In this document: positions 60,110-64,000 of the stretch, in pieces
Position numbering within the stretch: the first letter of the stretch is position 1
Layout of the letters: every line of letters begins with the position of its first letter
NCBI GenBank assembly: GCA_963514005.1
Contig: OY740799.1
Coordinates: forward strand, 12,834,001-12,898,000
Source of the DNA: Raja brachyura
Lineage: Eukaryota
Length of the DNA: 64,000 bases
Reading direction: 5' to 3'
The notes under the pieces: generated by a model
Seen by the model: only the letters and a program-made list of their open reading frames with translations
Told to the model about the DNA's origin: nothing
Database searches by the model: none
Program-made: the position numbers and the translations under genes

Positions 60110-60700
60110 TACTAAAGTGGATGATCACAGATTTTTTCCACCTCTTATTCCTTCTGGTAGGCCCTCACCCATTCACTTAGCCTGCCTGTGTCCAAAGCCT
60201 CTCCTCATCCTCTTTACAACTCGCCATACCACCCAGAATTGATCATCAGCAAACTTTGATATATTACACCTGAGGCCCTCTTCTAAATCATTGATGAAGA
60301 TTGTGAACAGTTGTAGCCCCAGCACCGATTCTTAAGGCAACCTACTGGATGCATCCTCCCAATCCGAAAATGAATTTTGAATTCCACCTCCCTGTTTTTT
60401 GCCACTTAACCAATTTTTAATCCATGCCAATATACAACCAGCATATGTTTTCTGTATCATTTTCTGTAATAATCTATTGTGTGATACCTTATTGAAAGCC
60501 TTATGTGTCCAAATTACTACATCCACTGGTTCACCTACATTGCTATTTAATATTTCAAAAGGTTGCGAAACATGATTATGTCAAACATAATTTCCCTTTC
60601 AGATATCTATGTTGACTTTACCCCATCCTATAATTTTTTCTAAGTGTCTAGATATCATGTCCTTAATAATAGATTCCAACAACTACAGTTTCCCTTCTAC
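60110..60700 (-). mobile_element. Old CR1 RT fragment
   Basis: VDVV...KAFNKVSH.RLLQK...ILAWIKNWLSG.KQ...SFSDW (track ORF 60332-60526) and downstream FIND...KFADD-like remnants. Confidence 0.7.
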
Positions 60701-61654
60701 TGGAGAAAGAGCAACACAGAAAAACCCTCATTATAATGGACCATGGGAGGTTGGGGGGAGGGATGGGGAGTGCAAATGATATCCGCTATTGCTGAATGTC
60801 CGTTATAACCTTATAACCGTGTATCATTGCACGTAGTAAAAACAAAGAACTGCAAATGCTGGTTAATACACAAAAGGACACAAGTGCTGGAATAATTCTG
60901 TGGGTCAGGCAGCATCTCTGGAGAACATGGATAGGTGACGTTTTGGGTCAAGACCCTTCTTCAGACTCTCGGTCTGGAACTGGGCCTGGAATCTGGGCGA
61001 GTTGATGCCCCCGACCTGCTAGCGGCCAGGGGAGAGGCGAGAATCGACGGAATCATTCATCACGGCCTGCGGGCGACCGTTGTGCAGGCAAGGGTCGGCA
61101 GTGGCAGCGGCTGGCATTACCTGGAAGCGGCCAAGGAACCTGTGTGAGTCTGCAGTGTCAGCAGCAGGTCTGGCCTGGAAGCAGCCGGGAAAGTGGTGGG
61201 GTCCGGCATTAGCAGCCCAAGGTCACCGAAGGTCGGTAGGTCCGGCCTGGAATCAGCTGCGATGGCGATGGTGTCGGCAGCCCGGCCTGGCAGGGAAGGT
61301 CGGTAGGTCAGTCTGCCATAACTCAAATCCATTATGAAGAGGTTCATAATAACAAGGGTTACTGTAATGTGTATTGTAGGAGTAACATGAAATGAGTGAA
61401 ATAACATAGACTAGTCCAATTGATTAAATGTATTAGCTGAATGTTTGGAATTCTAGATATAGGACTGGGCCATAGGTAGTAAGTGGGAAGAGAAGATGTG
61501 GGGATAACATTAAGCAACTCTGTAACAATTCAATGAATGTTTCCCCGTTCAGTTGTTATGCTGGTGTTTATTGAATGCTCACGCTTGTTGCTATATTGCA
61601 CCTAGGGGAAATAGCTAGGGCACCGAGGGGAACAGTTGACATAAGTGTGTGTTT

Positions 61655-61745
61655 GGCAAGGGGCGGGAACCATCAGTATCGCTCGAGTCTCCAATCCTCT
61701 TTTACAAAGTGACGTCTGGCATTGTCAGAATAAGGCTAATCTGGA
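61655..61745 (+). promoter_or_regulatory. Candidate promoter of the IMPDH1 upstream (retinal-type) first exon
   Basis: Clustered GC box GGGGCGGG (61660), CCAAT (61691), CRE-like TGACGTC (61710) and K50-homeodomain/CRX-like CTAATCT (61736), about 470-550 bp upstream of the ATG. Confidence 0.5.
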
Positions 61746-62210
61746 GCTGCACGGCTGGGCTATGGAACAAAAATATTCTCCAATGTACATCAACTGAGTG
61801 TCAGTGATATAGTGAGAGAGGGAGGGAGAAACGAGCGGAAGCATACATGGACTTAGATTTACAATTGAACATAACCTATTTTAAAATATTTTGCATCTAT
61901 GTTACATTTGGAAAACAAATTTTACTAAGAATTTATTTTTAAATCCCTTATATATGTTTAAAGATTGATGCTGTCCTCTGCAGACTTCAGGGCAGCGTGA
62001 AGAAGGTTTTATTCCCTGAACAGTTTGACTAGTAACTCTTGGTGCTTTTTTTTGATGCATGTTCACCCTGCCAGGATGTGTATTCACCCTGGCAGCCAGT
62101 ACACGGTCTGAGAAAGAATCCTCCCATCTCCACCCACGCATTCCTGGTGACCTGTGCTTGAGAAGAGACACTTGGACAATTTAGGAAGACGCTTTTTGGA
62201 GAGAAAGGGA

Positions 62211-62431
62211 ATGGATGGGCAGAATTACAGTGGATTTAACAATTCGGAGCAAGACCTTTACCAGATCGACTATCGGACAATTGTGGGAGAAATGGAGCTG
62301 ACTCGGCCCACTAGAGATCCGTTGCCTCCTGGAGTGGGATCTCTGAGTGGGTATCATCATGGGCATGGACATGAGACTGCAGCACAACGCTACACTGCCA
62401 CCAGAATTCAGGCTGGCTTTGAACCTGAGAG
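62211..62431 (+). CDS. IMPDH1: IMPDH1 first coding exon (N-terminal extension of the long/retinal isoform); rest of the gene lies beyond the window
   Basis: MDGQNYSG...[27 protein letters not shown]|gtaagg matches the human IMPDH1 long-isoform motif [24 protein letters not shown]. The phase-2 donor would complete the Ser codon before MADYL. Confidence 0.85.
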
Positions 62432-63083
62432 GTAAGGAAGATTGGATATTGCATATTTAGTGGAAGTAATCACTCCACAGAAAATAGACCACATATGAGC
62501 AGATGACAAGTTAACTGAAAATGCAGAATTTGATTAACAGTTTGGAGAACGAGGTGCTGAGCCATAGATAACTAGCTTTGACGGACATTCAGGAGGAGGT
62601 TTGCAAGTGTAGGTGCCCTGGCAATTCTTCCCTTTCTAGCCACAGGCTTTTGATGCCGGTCAGAGCACTCCTGTGCGCTGGTCAAGATCAAATAATTCAG
62701 TCAAACCTGGGACATTTCTGGTCTTGTACTAAGTTTCTTATTGTTCAATCACTTGATCAATGAGGTGAGCAAAGTCCAAAGATTCCAGGGGTCGTTGATT
62801 AACATCCAGTGGTCTGTTATTATTAAAACCATAGCTACTTGGATACTAACTGAGAAGTTTCAAGACACAGTTATCACCTTTATCATTAAATTCTACTCGT
62901 ATCATTATAGTTTTGAGACAATCATTTCCATTAATAATAAATATTGTTGTATTAAGCAGTACCGTTTGCATAGTCACTAGATAGTAATGTACCTTTTATG
63001 AGAATGTGCATTGCAGGTGCCCAATATATATCAGAAAATAAGATATTGTGATTTTAGAATCAGTAATTCTACACTTTGACAAT

Positions 63084-63700
63084 CATAGAAACACAGAAAA
63101 TAGATGCAGGAGAAGGCCATTCAGCCCTTTGAGCCAGCACCATCATTCATTGTGATCATCCACAATCAGTAACCTGTGCCTGCCTTCTCCCATATCCCTT
63201 GATTCCGCTAGCCTCAAGAACTCGATCTAACTCTCTTTTAAATGCATGTAGTTAATTGCTCTCCACTGCCTTCTGTGGCAGATTTCCACAAATTCACAAC
63301 TCTCTGGGTGAAAACGTTTTTTCTCATCTCAGTTTTAAATGGCCTCCCCTTTATTCTTAGACTGTGGCCCCTGGTTCTGCTCCCCCAACATTGGGAACAT
63401 TTTTCCTACATCTAGCTTGTCCAGTCCTTCTATAATTTTACATGTTTCTATAAGATTTCCTCTCATCCTTCTAAGTTCCAGTGAATACAAGCCCAGTCTT
63501 TCCAATCTTTCCTCATATGACAGTCCCGCCATCCCGGGGATTAAACTCGTGAACCTATGCTGCACTGCCTCAATAGCAAGGATGTCCTTCTTCAAATTAG
63601 GAGACCAAAACTGCACACAATACTCCAGATATGGTCTCACCAGGGCCCTGTACAACTGCAGAATGACCTCTTTACTCCTATACTCAAATTCTCTCGTTAT
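63084..63700 (-). mobile_element. CR1 LINE 3' fragment (in IMPDH1 intron)
   Basis: [34 protein letters not shown]...; CATAGAAA tail. Confidence 0.9.
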
Positions 63701-64000
63701 CACTCATTGTAACTGGAGACGTTGTACATTTAAGTAAAGCAGTACACATGCCACAGAGCACTGTTTTGGACATTTTGCTTCAACTTGTTTTTGTGGCTTT
63801 GATTCCCTTCTGGGGTGGTCAAAACTATCCAATTGCTGTTTAAGCAGTAACAGTAACTGGCCACCAGGAGTCTTCCAGTTTTCCGTCTTAAATGTTGCAG
63901 TGTCACTGTGATAATGGAATAATTTATGATTCTATGTTTCAAGTACTTCTTGAAGAGAATTTATGGACAATGGAACAATGGAAGAGGAGATGCTGAGGGT

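Noticed and set aside
60715-61345. Possible Tigger/pogo-like MITE with ends CCCTCATTATAATGGA / TCCATTATGAAGAGG
   Set aside because: The termini are too degenerate, no clear TA TSD is visible and the region is disrupted by a Penelope-derived insert, so I could not support a feature call.

Overview
This is vertebrate genomic DNA, not prokaryotic. It has spliced genes with GT-AG introns and a repeat landscape of CR1 LINEs, tRNA-derived V-SINEs and Penelope-derived elements. That mix points to a cartilaginous fish, probably a skate or ray (inference). Three host genes can be read. (1) The last three coding exons of an uncharacterised + strand gene with a long hydrophobic/amphipathic C-terminus (1649-4113). 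(2) A complete 15-coding-exon CDHR5-like cadherin on the - strand (7005-31425, about 1050 aa as I reconstruct it): 4 EC repeats, one TM helix, no mucin domain and a ~540-aa acidic tail. (3) The first coding exon and likely promoter of IMPDH1, encoding the N-terminal extension typical of the retinal isoform (62211-62431, +). The rest is mostly mobile DNA: a full-length but frameshifted IR/DR Tc1 (DD34E), a non-autonomous hAT with an internal palindrome, CR1, RTE and L1-like fragments, and a degenerate 30-bp tandem array. The most striking non-gene signal is a family of short Penelope-derived elements carrying a minimal hammerhead ribozyme core (CUGAAGA-A-stem II-GAAAC-GUH). There are about 13 copies, 3-4 with intact cores, and some have fold-back arms and 9-14 bp target-site duplications (TSDs). 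All calls come from reading the sequence by eye and recalled family motifs; no searches were run. Most ORFs in the supplied track are spurious because it ignores splicing.
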